A stretch of 64,000 bases of DNA, taken from positions 8,418 through 72,417 of IMG/VR virus record IMGVR_UViG_2561511128_000006; one strand, 5' to 3'. A program made the translations under genes and the position numbers. The DNA is from a virus. Its lineage: Duplodnaviria; Caudoviricetes. Under the pieces are notes generated by a model. That model was not told the DNA's origin, did no database searches, and saw only the letters and a program-made list of their open reading frames with translations. Shown in pieces: positions 55,382 through 64,000 of this stretch (within the stretch, counting starts at the first letter, position 1; every line of letters starts with the position of its first letter).

Positions 55382-55975
55382 ATGAGCTACGATTTCAACG
55401 GCGCCGACAGGCAGTCTTCTGGTTTCGACCCGATCCCCGCGGGCACCATCGTCCCGTTGACCATGAGCATCCGGCCCGGTGGCGCCGGCGATGGAGGCTG
55501 GTTCAAGCAATCGCAGTCGTCCGACGCGCTGATGCTGGACTGTGAATTCGTCGTTTCCGAGGGTCCGTACGCCAAGCGGAAGATTTGGCAGTTTTTGATC
55601 GTTTCCGGCGGCAAGCTGAATGAACGCGGCGAATCCACAGCCGGCAACATCACGCGGGCTACTCTGCGCGCCATTCTGGAAAGTGCACGGGGTATTCGTC
55701 CCGACGATATGGGAGAGTCCGCACAGGCCGCGCGCCGCATCGACGGCTGGCAGGATTTTTGCGGGCTGACGTTCATTGCCAAGCTCGGCGTCGAGAAGGA
55801 CAAGACCGGGCAATATGCCGACAAGAACCGTATCCATACGGTGATCACGCCGGATATGAAGGAGTACAGCCAGCCGCAGGCGACCTCCAGCTCCGGGTGG
55901 AGTGCGCAACAGGAGCCCGCCCGTCCTTCTGCACCCGCTCCGTCCCCTACCCCCGTTCCCGCTTGGGCGAGGTAG
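55382..55975 (+). CDS. Phage ssDNA-binding protein (DUF669-like)
   Basis: IPAG, CEF.V.EG.YAKRKIW, Pro-rich C-tail. Confidence 0.78.
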   Translation: MSYDFNGADRQSSGFDPIPAGTIVPLTMSIRPGGAGDGGWFKQSQSSDALMLDCEFVVSEGPYAKRKIWQFLIVSGGKLNERGESTAGNITRATLRAILESARGIRPDDMGESAQAARRIDGWQDFCGLTFIAKLGVEKDKTGQYADKNRIHTVITPDMKEYSQPQATSSSGWSAQQEPARPSAPAPSPTPVPAWAR

Positions 55976-55979
55976 AAAA

Positions 55980-57644
55980 ATGATCTTGCGGCCGTACCAG
56001 GAACAAATGGTTTCCAAGGCTGTCGCCGCGCTGAAAAAGCATGGCGACACCTTGGCGGTGGCGCCGACGGGCGCGGGCAAAACGGTGCTCCTGTCGGCGC
56101 TCGCCGGACGTGTCGGCGGAAAGCAGCTTATTCTCCAGCACCGTGACGAGTTGACCTTCCAGAATGCGAAAAAATATCGGGAGGTCAACCCGCGCGTCCG
56201 CGTCGGGATGTTCAACGCCGACATCAAAGACTGGAAAGGGGACGCCACGTTCGCCATGGTGCAGACGCTGTGCCGGGACAGGGCTCTGTCCACCATTCCC
56301 AAACTGGATCTGCTCGTCATCGACGAGGCGCATCACGCCGTGGCCCCGAGCTACCGCAAGGTCGTGGACGCCGTGCGGGATAAAAACCCGGACTGCCGGA
56401 TTTTTGGGGTCACGGCCACGCCCGCGCGGGGCGACGGGAAAGGTTTGCGCCATATCTTCAGCAATTGCTGCGATCAGCTTTCCCTGCACAGTCTCATCGC
56501 AATGGGTTTCCTCGTACGGCCCCGGACGTTCGTCTGTACGCTTGAAGGCACGGACGATCGGTTGGCGTCGTTGCGCAAGACCGCTTCCGGCGAATTCGAC
56601 ATGAACGAGGCCGAGGCCGTGTTGGATATGGAGGTGCACAATGCCGCCGTGGTGCGGGAGTGGAAAAAGCTCGCATCGGATAGAAAGACCATCGTGTTCG
56701 CCTCCACTGTGCGTCATGCCGAACACGCGGCGGAAGCCTTTCGCGCCGAGGGCGTGAATGCGGCGGTCGTGAGCGGCAAGACGTCATCTTTCGAGCGGGC
56801 CGCTCTGCTGCGGCGTTTCGACGAGGGCGACGTGCAGGTTCTGGTCAACGTCGCGGTGCTGACGGAGGGGTACGACTCTCAGCCGGTGAGCTGCGTCGTT
56901 CTGCTGCGCCCGTGCTCATTCAAGTCCACCATGCTCCAGATGATTGGGCGCGGGCTGCGCACCGTGGATCCGGCCCGCTATCCGGGGGTGGTGAAGACTG
57001 ATTGCGTCGTCATGGATTTCGGGCGGTCGTTAACGACGCATCGGGATCTGGAAAGCAAAGTGCGCATGGAGGACAAGCAGAAACCATGTCCCGAATGCGG
57101 TGCGGAAATCCCCTGCGGCGTCATGGAATGTCCGATTTGCGGCCATGTGTTCAAGGGGCCGGAGCGGGCCGCGCCTGGAGAAGTCGGTTCCGATGATCCG
57201 GAAGTCGTGTCCAATGTGGTCATGGAGGAAGTGGATATACTGACCGCTTCTCCGTTCCGTTGGTGCGACGTGTTCGGCTCCGGTCGGGTGATGCTGGCCA
57301 GCGGGTTTGAGGCATGGGGAGCGGTGTGCTCTGCGGATGGAGAACGGTGGCTTGCCTTGGGCAGATTGAAGGACGAGCGGGCTCTGCGGCGAATCATGGT
57401 GGGGGAACGGGTGCAGGCGTTGGCCGCCGCGGACGACTTTCTGCGCATGAACGAAAGCGACGACGCGGCGAAGAAGAATCGGCGCTGGCTCAACGACGCG
57501 GCCACGGCGAAGCAGTGGGAACTCCTGCAGCGGCTTGGCTACGGGCAGGAGGATATGTTCACGTTCACCAAATACAGCGCCGCCTGCACCCTGAATTTTT
57601 TCTGGAACAGGCAGGCCATTGAACGGGAGGTGCTTCATGCCTGA
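55980..57644 (+). CDS. SF2 DEAD/DEAH-like helicase
   Basis: LRPYQ, APTGAGKT, IDEAHH, TATP, QMIGRGLR, C-terminal CPEC/CPIC. Confidence 0.94.
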   Translation: MILRPYQEQMVSKAVAALKKHGDTLAVAPTGAGKTVLLSALAGRVGGKQLILQHRDELTFQNAKKYREVNPRVRVGMFNADIKDWKGDATFAMVQTLCRDRALSTIPKLDLLVIDEAHHAVAPSYRKVVDAVRDKNPDCRIFGVTATPARGDGKGLRHIFSNCCDQLSLHSLIAMGFLVRPRTFVCTLEGTDDRLASLRKTASGEFDMNEAEAVLDMEVHNAAVVREWKKLASDRKTIVFASTVRHAEHAAEAFRAEGVNAAVVSGKTSSFERAALLRRFDEGDVQVLVNVAVLTEGYDSQPVSCVVLLRPCSFKSTMLQMIGRGLRTVDPARYPGVVKTDCVVMDFGRSLTTHRDLESKVRMEDKQKPCPECGAEIPCGVMECPICGHVFKGPERAAPGEVGSDDPEVVSNVVMEEVDILTASPFRWCDVFGSGRVMLASGFEAWGAVCSADGERWLALGRLKDERALRRIMVGERVQALAAADDFLRMNESDDAAKKNRRWLNDAATAKQWELLQRLGYGQEDMFTFTKYSAACTLNFFWNRQAIEREVLHA

Positions 57645-57945
57645 TTTGGAGCTGCTTGCGTCCCGGCTCGGTTCGGCGGGGCTTTTGGAGAAAACTGTAT
57701 GCGGGTTCACCAAGCAAGAGGTGGATCTGCTGTGTAGAAGTGTGCTGGAAGCGTACGGTGAGCCTCTTTTGCCCGGAACGGGGGAAACCATGTTCTTTTG
57801 CCGATACGGCCAAAGGGTGGGCAAAGACTCCGTTCACTGCCGCGCCGACTTATACGCAGCCGGAGTGTTCACTATTCCGTCCGCGCTGTACGGCGTCTCG
57901 ATTTTCTATTGCCTGCATTACTGCAATGTTACGGCGAAAAGCTAG
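57637..57945 (+). CDS. Hypothetical protein
   Basis: GGAGG RBS; overlap-coupled. Confidence 0.55.
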   Translation: MPDLELLASRLGSAGLLEKTVCGFTKQEVDLLCRSVLEAYGEPLLPGTGETMFFCRYGQRVGKDSVHCRADLYAAGVFTIPSALYGVSIFYCLHYCNVTAKS

Positions 57946-58921
57946 GCGCGTTCCCTACGAACAGTACTTGAAGACCGGTCACTGGGGAGCCCGTCGGGAA
58001 AAAGCTCTCCGGCTTGCCGGGCGGCGTTGTCAGGAATGCGGCTCTGCTGAACGGTTGGAAGTCCACCATCTTTCGTATGATCGCCTTTTTCAGGAACGGG
58101 ACGGCGATCTCATTGTGTTATGCCGCCGGTGTCACGGAAAACGGCATGCGTATTTTAACGAGGTTGATCTCATGCACAAGCCGGAAGAGCCGCAGGGGCT
58201 GGATTTCAATCACAGGTTCAAGGGACGCCGGATTTCAATGCTTATTGACGCCGCCGTAAGGGCGGAGCGGGAGAAAGACGCGCCGCGCGATTATCTTGGA
58301 GCGTCGCGTATCGGCCACCACTGCCTGCGCGCGCTGCAATACGAATTTTTCAATACTCCAAAGGATGTTCCTTTCGAAGGGCGCATCTACCGTATCTTCC
58401 ACCGCGGGCATCATGGCGAGGACTGGATGGCGGAATGGCTGCGCATGGCTGGATTCGTCCTGCGGACGGTTGGGGTGGACGGGCGCCAGTTCGGCTTCTC
58501 CACCGGAAAGGGGCGCATCCGTGGGCATTGTGATGGCGTGTTCGTGGGCGGCCCTGAGGAACAAGGGCCGTACCCGCGCCTCTGGGAGTGCAAGGTGCTT
58601 GGCTCCAAGGGCTGGAACAAGCTGGACAAGCAGGGGTTGGAGAAGGCGTATCCCGAATATTTCGCGCAGGTGCAGTTGTACATGGCATACCTGAACCTGT
58701 CCGAAAATCCGACCCTGTTCACCGCCATGAACGCCGACACCATGGAAGTATACGATGAAAGCGTCCCTTTTGAACCTGGCAGGGCGCAGGAGCTTTCCGA
58801 CCGGGCCGTGACGGTGATTCGGGCGTGTGAGGCGGGGGAACTGCTTCCCCGCTGCGCAGCGGACGAAGATTGTTTTTCCTGCCGCTTTTGCGCGTATAGG
58901 ACAAGGTGCTGGCATGTTTGA
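57926..58921 (+). CDS. HNH domain fused in frame to a Cas4/RecB-like PD-(D/E)XK exonuclease (internal start possible at 58172)
   Basis: CQECG..LEVHHL.Y...LCRRCH then ASRIGHHC, GHCDG, WECK, QVQLYM, CFSCRFCAY..RC. Confidence 0.82.
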   Translation: MLRRKARRVPYEQYLKTGHWGARREKALRLAGRRCQECGSAERLEVHHLSYDRLFQERDGDLIVLCRRCHGKRHAYFNEVDLMHKPEEPQGLDFNHRFKGRRISMLIDAAVRAEREKDAPRDYLGASRIGHHCLRALQYEFFNTPKDVPFEGRIYRIFHRGHHGEDWMAEWLRMAGFVLRTVGVDGRQFGFSTGKGRIRGHCDGVFVGGPEEQGPYPRLWECKVLGSKGWNKLDKQGLEKAYPEYFAQVQLYMAYLNLSENPTLFTAMNADTMEVYDESVPFEPGRAQELSDRAVTVIRACEAGELLPRCAADEDCFSCRFCAYRTRCWHV

Positions 58922-61076
58922 TTTCGATTTCAATACGGCCTCGGTCATTACGCAGGAACCCGTGCGCCCCCCATTGCCCGCGTATGACGCCGTGGAACGA
59001 TTCCGCCAGGCAATGTTTGATGCCGGGCTGAGGCCGGATGAAATCGCGGACACGTCAGGTCTGGCGATGCCGGAACGCTGTCCCGTTGCGGACGACAGGC
59101 CGGGGAAGAAGTCCGGCTGGTACGTCTTTTACGGCGACGGCGTTTCGGCAGGCGCGTTCGGCAATTGGAAGACGGGCGAAGAATGGAAGTGGTCGGGCAA
59201 GAGCCAGTCCACCATGACATCGGCGGAACGCGAGCAGTTCGCTCAAAAAATGGCACGGGCCAAACGGGTCAGAGAAGCCCAGAAAGCGGAGAACGCCGCA
59301 CGGGCCCGGGAACGGGCCGAACGGGACTGGGAGAGAGCCGCTGAGGCTGTCACCCATCCCTATCTCGTCAGAAAGAAGGTTCCGTCCTTCGGCCTTAAGA
59401 TCCTGGCCGGGAAGCTGTTAGTACCGATGCGTGACGCACAAGGAACGCTGAGTTCCTTGCAGGAAATTTATGCCGACGGAGAAAAGAGTTTTCTTTTTGG
59501 CGGGGCGAAGCAGGGTCGGTTCTTCACCATCCCCGGCACGGGGAAGGTCGCCGTCTGCGAAGGCTACGCCACTGCGGCGAGCATACACATGGCGACGGGG
59601 TGGACGACAGTAGTTGCCTTTGATGCCGGGAACCTGCTTCCAGCGGCGCAGGCATGGAGAGAGGCCCACCCCGGCGACGCCCTTGTCATTTGCGGGGACG
59701 ATGATCGCTGGAAGGACAAGAATGCCGGGCGTGAGGCCGCTGAGGAGTGCGCCCGGGCGATGAATACGGTGGCCCTGTTTCCTGCGTTCGTCAATCCTGC
59801 GGGCAAACCTACCGACTGGAACGATCTCTGCTGCGCCGATGGCGTGGAGGAAGCGAGGCGTCAGCTTCTGTCCGGCGAGCGCGATACCCGGCACTTCCTA
59901 TTTCGGCTCGACACTGAGGGACCGTACCCCACGGCCCGCTATACTCGCCAGACGCCTCCGGAATTGAAATGGGCCTTCAGGGACATGGTGCTCATGGGTA
60001 GCCCCTTTGTGCTCTGTGGGGCGGGCGGCACGGGCAAGACCTCCATGAGCTTGCAGCTGGCGGCGTCGCTGGCCACGGGCCGGGCGTTGCTCGGGCCGGC
60101 GTTTACGCCGGGCGTGCGCGGCAGGACGCTGGTGTTGCTCTGCGAAGATCCGGAGGAACCTATCTGGCAGCGTACGCATCGGGTGGGGCAGGAACTTAGC
60201 GCCGAGGAATTGGATGCTTTCGACCGCATGGTCAACATCCAGATTTGCCTTGGTGAGGACATGCGGCTGGTGCGCGACGACCCGGCGCGGGGGCTGACGA
60301 CCACAGAAGCCTTCGATGCTCTGCTGGACGCCGCCAGGCGTATGCCGGATCTCGCCGCCGTCATTCTGGATCCGCTCAACCTCCTGCATGGTGCGGACGT
60401 GGAGCGCAACGAGGAGGCCGCGCAGTTCTTTTGCTCCAAATTAGCCCAGCTCGGCAGGGAAAGCGGCGCGGCTATCATCGTGGTCCACCATAGCGTCAAG
60501 AACGGCACGGGACGGGGCGATAAGTTCAATCTGGAAGAAGCGCTGCACGTGGACACCGTGCGCGGATCCGGGGCTATTGTGGCCGGGATGCGCGGGGCCT
60601 GCAATCTGGTGGTTCTGCCTCCTGGTGTGGCGAAAAAGCGGCTCAATCTTCCGGCGATGCCGCGCCCCGGCGAGTATCTGGCGGGCAAGGCCAGTAAGCT
60701 CAACTATGCGGCACAAGGGGATATGTTCTTCCTGCGCCGCGGGGAAAATGGCGTCCTGTACCCGGTGGCGCCCGCACGGAAAGAAGGGATCGCCCCGCCA
60801 GCGGACATTATGCCCCGCGTCTGCGCCAAGGTTGCGGATCTGGCGAAGGAAAGCCGCCACATCACTCGGCGCTCCTTCATTCGCGTGTATGATTCCGAAT
60901 GGGGTGTGTCACGAAGATTGCTTGACGACGCCATTGAGCGGGCGTTGTTCGAGGGTTGGCTGGAACTCTGGGAGACGGCGAACGAGTCGGGGAGGAAGAC
61001 CGTTTATCTGGTGCCGGGCGAGAACTACGATCCGCCGGAAGAGCGACCGTTCGACTTCAATCCGACCGGAGCCTGA
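58914..61076 (+). CDS. Toprim primase - AAA_25/RepA-like helicase fusion
   Basis: VCEGYATA, AFDAGNL, CGDDD, TDWND; GAGGTGKT, ILDP, VHH, RGS. Confidence 0.92.
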   Translation: MFDFDFNTASVITQEPVRPPLPAYDAVERFRQAMFDAGLRPDEIADTSGLAMPERCPVADDRPGKKSGWYVFYGDGVSAGAFGNWKTGEEWKWSGKSQSTMTSAEREQFAQKMARAKRVREAQKAENAARARERAERDWERAAEAVTHPYLVRKKVPSFGLKILAGKLLVPMRDAQGTLSSLQEIYADGEKSFLFGGAKQGRFFTIPGTGKVAVCEGYATAASIHMATGWTTVVAFDAGNLLPAAQAWREAHPGDALVICGDDDRWKDKNAGREAAEECARAMNTVALFPAFVNPAGKPTDWNDLCCADGVEEARRQLLSGERDTRHFLFRLDTEGPYPTARYTRQTPPELKWAFRDMVLMGSPFVLCGAGGTGKTSMSLQLAASLATGRALLGPAFTPGVRGRTLVLLCEDPEEPIWQRTHRVGQELSAEELDAFDRMVNIQICLGEDMRLVRDDPARGLTTTEAFDALLDAARRMPDLAAVILDPLNLLHGADVERNEEAAQFFCSKLAQLGRESGAAIIVVHHSVKNGTGRGDKFNLEEALHVDTVRGSGAIVAGMRGACNLVVLPPGVAKKRLNLPAMPRPGEYLAGKASKLNYAAQGDMFFLRRGENGVLYPVAPARKEGIAPPADIMPRVCAKVADLAKESRHITRRSFIRVYDSEWGVSRRLLDDAIERALFEGWLELWETANESGRKTVYLVPGENYDPPEERPFDFNPTGA

Positions 61077-61098
61077 CCCGGTAAAAAAGGGTCGGGAG

Positions 61099-61289
61099 AA
61101 GTGGCAAAGAGAAGTGGCAAGAAGTGGCAACAGGAGAAGCGGCAAAGTGGCAAGAAGCGGCAAAAAAGGGTTTGCCACTTCATAACATGTTGATTTGAAA
61201 GATTTTTGAGAAGTGGCAAAAAAGAGAAGCGGCAGAAAATGTTTGCCACTTCGTAAGTAGCTGATTTTATGAATGTGGCAAAGCGGCAA
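61099..61289. repeat. Cluster of about 12 AAG(T/C)GGCAA nonamers (2 inverted), candidate origin iterons
   Basis: Counted directly, immediately downstream of the primase-helicase. Confidence 0.8.
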
Positions 61290-61400
61290 AAGAGTCTCCC
61301 CTTTCAGGGGAGGGGTAAACCCCTCCTCCCCTGAAGGGAGGGAGGGGATTCTCCCCTGAAAGAGAAAGGGGCCGCGCGATGGTGAATCGAAAAAGGAGAC

Positions 61401-61736
61401 GTGCTATGTGTGAGTATGACGAAAAGATGGTGTTTCCCACGATTGATGACGACGGTGATGGGGGGGCGCAGGATGGTCGGCTATGAGGGCTATAGATTCC
61501 CGGAGATGAGCCTTGACGAGTTGGAGGCTTATTTCCTGCGGTGCATGAAAGGGGCGCAGTCTTTCGTGGATGAACAGGGCAGCGATGTTGACGACAGCAT
61601 ACTGAGTGTGCTTTCCACCGCCGGAAACGCCCTGATTGTGTGCCGGATGATGCGGCACAGCCTGACGGAGTATGAAAAGGATCAAGCACGGAGAAAACAC
61701 GTCCTCAGATTTGTCGGGAGAAAGGGGGAAGCATGA
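61401..61736 (+). CDS. Hypothetical protein
   Basis: AAAAGGAG RBS upstream. Confidence 0.55.
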   Translation: MLCVSMTKRWCFPRLMTTVMGGRRMVGYEGYRFPEMSLDELEAYFLRCMKGAQSFVDEQGSDVDDSILSVLSTAGNALIVCRMMRHSLTEYEKDQARRKHVLRFVGRKGEA

Positions 61737-61960
61737 GCCCGTTCGAGAGCGAGAACAGACCGGGGCGTCTCCGAAAATGCCCTCCCTGTCCGATATGCGG
61801 ACGAAATGAGATGCGTTGTTATGGCAAGCGTCGCCATGGCTCCATGGTTACGCGTTTCTACGGCTGCCAACACTGTCAATACACGGACGTGTGGGTCGAA
61901 TCCGCAGATGGGAGACATGGCTACTGGCGTAAACTGAGAAACAGTCCAACAAACCCTTGA
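61733..61960 (+). CDS. Ogr/Delta-like zinc-finger protein, candidate late activator
   Basis: CPICG...TRFYGCQHC; precedes the lysis operon. Confidence 0.6.
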   Translation: MSPFESENRPGRLRKCPPCPICGRNEMRCYGKRRHGSMVTRFYGCQHCQYTDVWVESADGRHGYWRKLRNSPTNP

Positions 61961-62013
61961 GCTTCACCCCCTTCTTCATGCTACGCTCCTGACCAAACTC
62001 AGGAGCGTTTTTC

Positions 62014-62376
62014 ATGCACTATACCGAAGCTCGTTGGTCCGGGAAATGGCCGAACTTCACCCCGAAGGAGATCGCCTGCAAATGCTGCGGGGAGATCGTC
62101 GTGGACGAGGCGAGCATGGACGCGCTCCAGCGGCTCCGCGACATGTGGGGCGAGCCCCTCGTCATCAACTGCGGTCACCGCTGCTTCAGACACAACAAGG
62201 AAGTGGGCGGGGTCGCGCATTCGCAGCATCTGACCCTCGCCTTTGATGTCCGTATGCCGAAAGAGCGGCATGAGGCATTCATCAAGCTGGCCCGTAAGTG
62301 CGGGTTCCGGGGCATCGGCCACCGCGACTACGAGAACTTCGTGCACCTCGATATGGGGCCGGAACGGGAGTGGTGA
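62014..62376 (+). CDS. Endolysin, peptidase M15A family
   Basis: EIACKCCG, NCGHRC..HN..VGG...SQH...AFD, FVHLD. Confidence 0.92.
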   Translation: MHYTEARWSGKWPNFTPKEIACKCCGEIVVDEASMDALQRLRDMWGEPLVINCGHRCFRHNKEVGGVAHSQHLTLAFDVRMPKERHEAFIKLARKCGFRGIGHRDYENFVHLDMGPEREW

Positions 62377-62714
62377 TGAATATCGAACGCATCGCCTGCT
62401 CCGTCTTTGCCTTGGCCTGCCTTGCTCTCGGCGTGTTTGCGTTCATCGTGACGGAGCAGCGGGATCTTGCCCGGCAAGACGCCGTAACATGGGAGGAAAG
62501 CGCAAAGCGAAACCGTGCCGCTCTCGAGGACATGACGGCGGCCCATGCCAAACTTCAAGAAAGCCTTGAAGAACGCGAAGGGAAGCTGGCGGCGTTGGAA
62601 CAGGATCGGGAACGGCAGCGCGTGAAGCTGCGGGAGGCTATGCGGAATGACAGGCAGACTGGCGATTGGGGCGGCACTGTGCTGCCTCCTGCCGTTGACG
62701 GGCTGCTCAGGTAA
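62376..62714 (+). CDS. i-spanin (Rz-like)
   Basis: N-terminal TM + coiled coil + LPPAV..LL end. Confidence 0.8.
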   Translation: MNIERIACSVFALACLALGVFAFIVTEQRDLARQDAVTWEESAKRNRAALEDMTAAHAKLQESLEEREGKLAALEQDRERQRVKLREAMRNDRQTGDWGGTVLPPAVDGLLR

Positions 62715-62904
62715 ACCGATGGCGACCATGCCCGTCATAATCCGGCAGGATGCCCCGGCGTACCTGACGGCGGAAACGCCCACCCCCCTGTGGAACGGCG
62801 TGACGAATGCCGATCTGCTCGGCTACGCGCTGGATCTGCGGCAGGCGCTCGGCGCGTGCAATGCGGACAAGGCGGCGATACGGGCCGCAGCCGGGAAGGA
62901 ATGA
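62647..62904 (+). CDS. o-spanin (Rz1-like lipoprotein)
   Basis: LLPLTG-C lipobox; TNADLL...ALG.CNADK.AI. Confidence 0.85.
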   Translation: MTGRLAIGAALCCLLPLTGCSGKPMATMPVIIRQDAPAYLTAETPTPLWNGVTNADLLGYALDLRQALGACNADKAAIRAAAGKE

Positions 62905-63407
62905 TGATGCAGCCGCCCGCCCCGATGGAGGGGCTTGCCTACTACACACAAAGCCTGCTGGCCCTGTGGCCTGAGAAGGCCGTCATAGGTTCGTGCGTCG
63001 CCGGCGTCGTCTCGCTGTTCGGCGGGGACGCCTATCTGTTGTGGATGCTTGGGGCCATGCTGGTGGCCGACTTTGCCTTTGGGCTGGCGGACGCCGTGCG
63101 GCGCAGGCATTTCCGTTGCCGGATGCTGGCGCACGGGGCGCTCAAGTTCCCGGCCTACTGCCTTTACTTGCTGATTGTCGGCGTGGTCAACGCCAGCCTT
63201 TCCCGGTCTTTTGGCGGGTTCGACATGCCGTTGCTGAACCTTTTCATTGCCTACCTGATCATCACGGACGCCGTATCCGTCATTGCCCACATGCAGCGGC
63301 TTGGCATCCCCGTGCCGGACCTGTTGCGGCGGGTGCTCCTTCGCAGCAAGCGGAAGGTGGAGCGGCGGGTGGATGAAGCCGTGGGCGGGGAAGACGATGC
63401 CCCCTAG
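62901..63407 (+). CDS. Phage holin (toxin secretion/lysis holin type)
   Basis: Three TM segments; SVIAH..RLGIPVP..L motif. Confidence 0.82.
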   Translation: MMMQPPAPMEGLAYYTQSLLALWPEKAVIGSCVAGVVSLFGGDAYLLWMLGAMLVADFAFGLADAVRRRHFRCRMLAHGALKFPAYCLYLLIVGVVNASLSRSFGGFDMPLLNLFIAYLIITDAVSVIAHMQRLGIPVPDLLRRVLLRSKRKVERRVDEAVGGEDDAP

Positions 63408-63783
63408 ACCGCTCAAGGTGTGCCGCCATGCCGGATGCCATGAGCTTACCCGTGATCCGTCCGGGTACTGCCCGAAGCACAAGGACGCGGCGGAAGCGCG
63501 GGCGAGGAAGTGGAAGGCCGAGCAGGACAGCCAGCGGGAGAGCGCATACCGGCGCGGGTACGGGGCTCGGTGGCGGAAGCTGCGGGCGCAGATCCTTATG
63601 GATGAACCGTTGTGCCGGGAGTGCCGCAAGGCCGGGCGCATCGTGCCGGCGACGGATGTTGACCACATCGTGGCCAGAGCCGACGGCGGGACGGATGACC
63701 GGAGCAACCTGCAACCCCTCTGTCATGCCTGCCACAGCCGCAAGACCGTCCGGGAGAACGGCGGGCGTGCGGTGACACGATGA
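63397..63783 (+). CDS. HNH endonuclease (packaging-associated)
   Basis: PLCREC...ATDVDHI...GG..D.SNLQPLC..CHSRKT. Confidence 0.92.
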   Translation: MPPRPLKVCRHAGCHELTRDPSGYCPKHKDAAEARARKWKAEQDSQRESAYRRGYGARWRKLRAQILMDEPLCRECRKAGRIVPATDVDHIVARADGGTDDRSNLQPLCHACHSRKTVRENGGRAVTR

Positions 63784-63878
63784 GGGGGGGATCAAATGTT
63801 TGGTGCTGCCACCGGAAGACCGCATAGGGCAGGTGGATTTTTGTTCATGCAAAATGGGGGGAGGGGGTCAACCGGGAT

Positions 63879-64000
63879 ATGGCGGGACGTAAGCCGTTGC
63901 CGACGCATTTGAAAATGGTTCGCGGGACGCTGCAGAAATGCCGGATGAACCCGGATGAGCCAACCCCGGACCCGGAAATCCCCGACGCGCCGCCGCACCT
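63879..64000 (+). CDS. terS: Terminase small subunit, P27 family (5' part)
   Basis: MAGRKPLPTHLK..RGT...R.N..EP; follows HNH and a putative cos region. Confidence 0.87.
   Translation, partial: MAGRKPLPTHLKMVRGTLQKCRMNPDEPTPDPEIPDAPPH

Larger units (their letters stand above)
46669..64000. mobile_element. Prophage 2 (P4-like integrase, HNH + P27 TerS packaging), right part outside the window
   Basis: int, xis, cI/cro, replication, lysis, HNH, terS. Confidence 0.9.

Noticed and set aside
54386-56320. 644-aa minus-strand ORF
   Set aside because: Shadow of the Sak4, SSB and helicase genes
58172-58921. Cas4-like protein as evidence of CRISPR-Cas
   Set aside because: The context is a phage Sak4-SSB-helicase recombination module with no cas1/cas2 or array
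61099-61289. Repeat cluster as a CRISPR array
   Set aside because: Repeats are 9 bp with 0-10 nt gaps and mixed orientation; there are no unique 30-40 nt spacers or cas operon
63785-63860. Exact cos site
   Set aside because: The position between HNH and terS is suggestive, but the cut site cannot be identified from sequence alone

Overview
The whole window is prophage DNA: two unrelated prophages in tandem, separated by the 3' half of a tRNA-Ser(GGA) gene (about 46610-46668) that serves as the att junction. Host genes were not recognised; a Desulfovibrionaceae-like host such as Bilophila is my impression only. Prophage 1 (1 to about 46.67 kb, left end outside the window) is a lambdoid-regulated contractile-tailed phage. 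In order it carries: a leftward early operon (C5 DNA methylase, SSAP and exonuclease), a cI/cro switch, a replication initiator and DnaB, RusA, two Mor-family activators, a lysis cassette, terminase, a DUF1073 portal, MuF, DUF2213, a DUF2184 capsid, a DUF3383 sheath, baseplate and fibres. Prophage 2 (46.67 kb to the window end, incomplete) has a P4-like integrase, an AlpA-type Xis, cI/cro, a Sak4-SSB-helicase-exonuclease-primase module with an iteron-like repeat cluster, a lysis cassette, HNH and the start of a P27-type TerS. The most notable observations are: (1) both prophages carry a C4-like antisense-RNA control region upstream of a BRO-N antirepressor, and two recognition loops covary with two sets of targets between the copies; (2) the portal carries a C-terminal barnase/ColE5-like (PBECR-like) domain; (3) a 16-bp late-promoter motif occurs five times; (4) accessory or defence cargo includes a Panacea TA pair, an SDH/ClpP-fold protease cassette, an antisense EndA, an unannotated type I toxin, an HsdR-N nuclease, and a DUF2971 + YefM-YoeB + SIR2 island; (5) a triplicated GCCTAGCCCC-hairpin element lies in the early operon. 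All family assignments come from motif recognition by eye; no searches were run.
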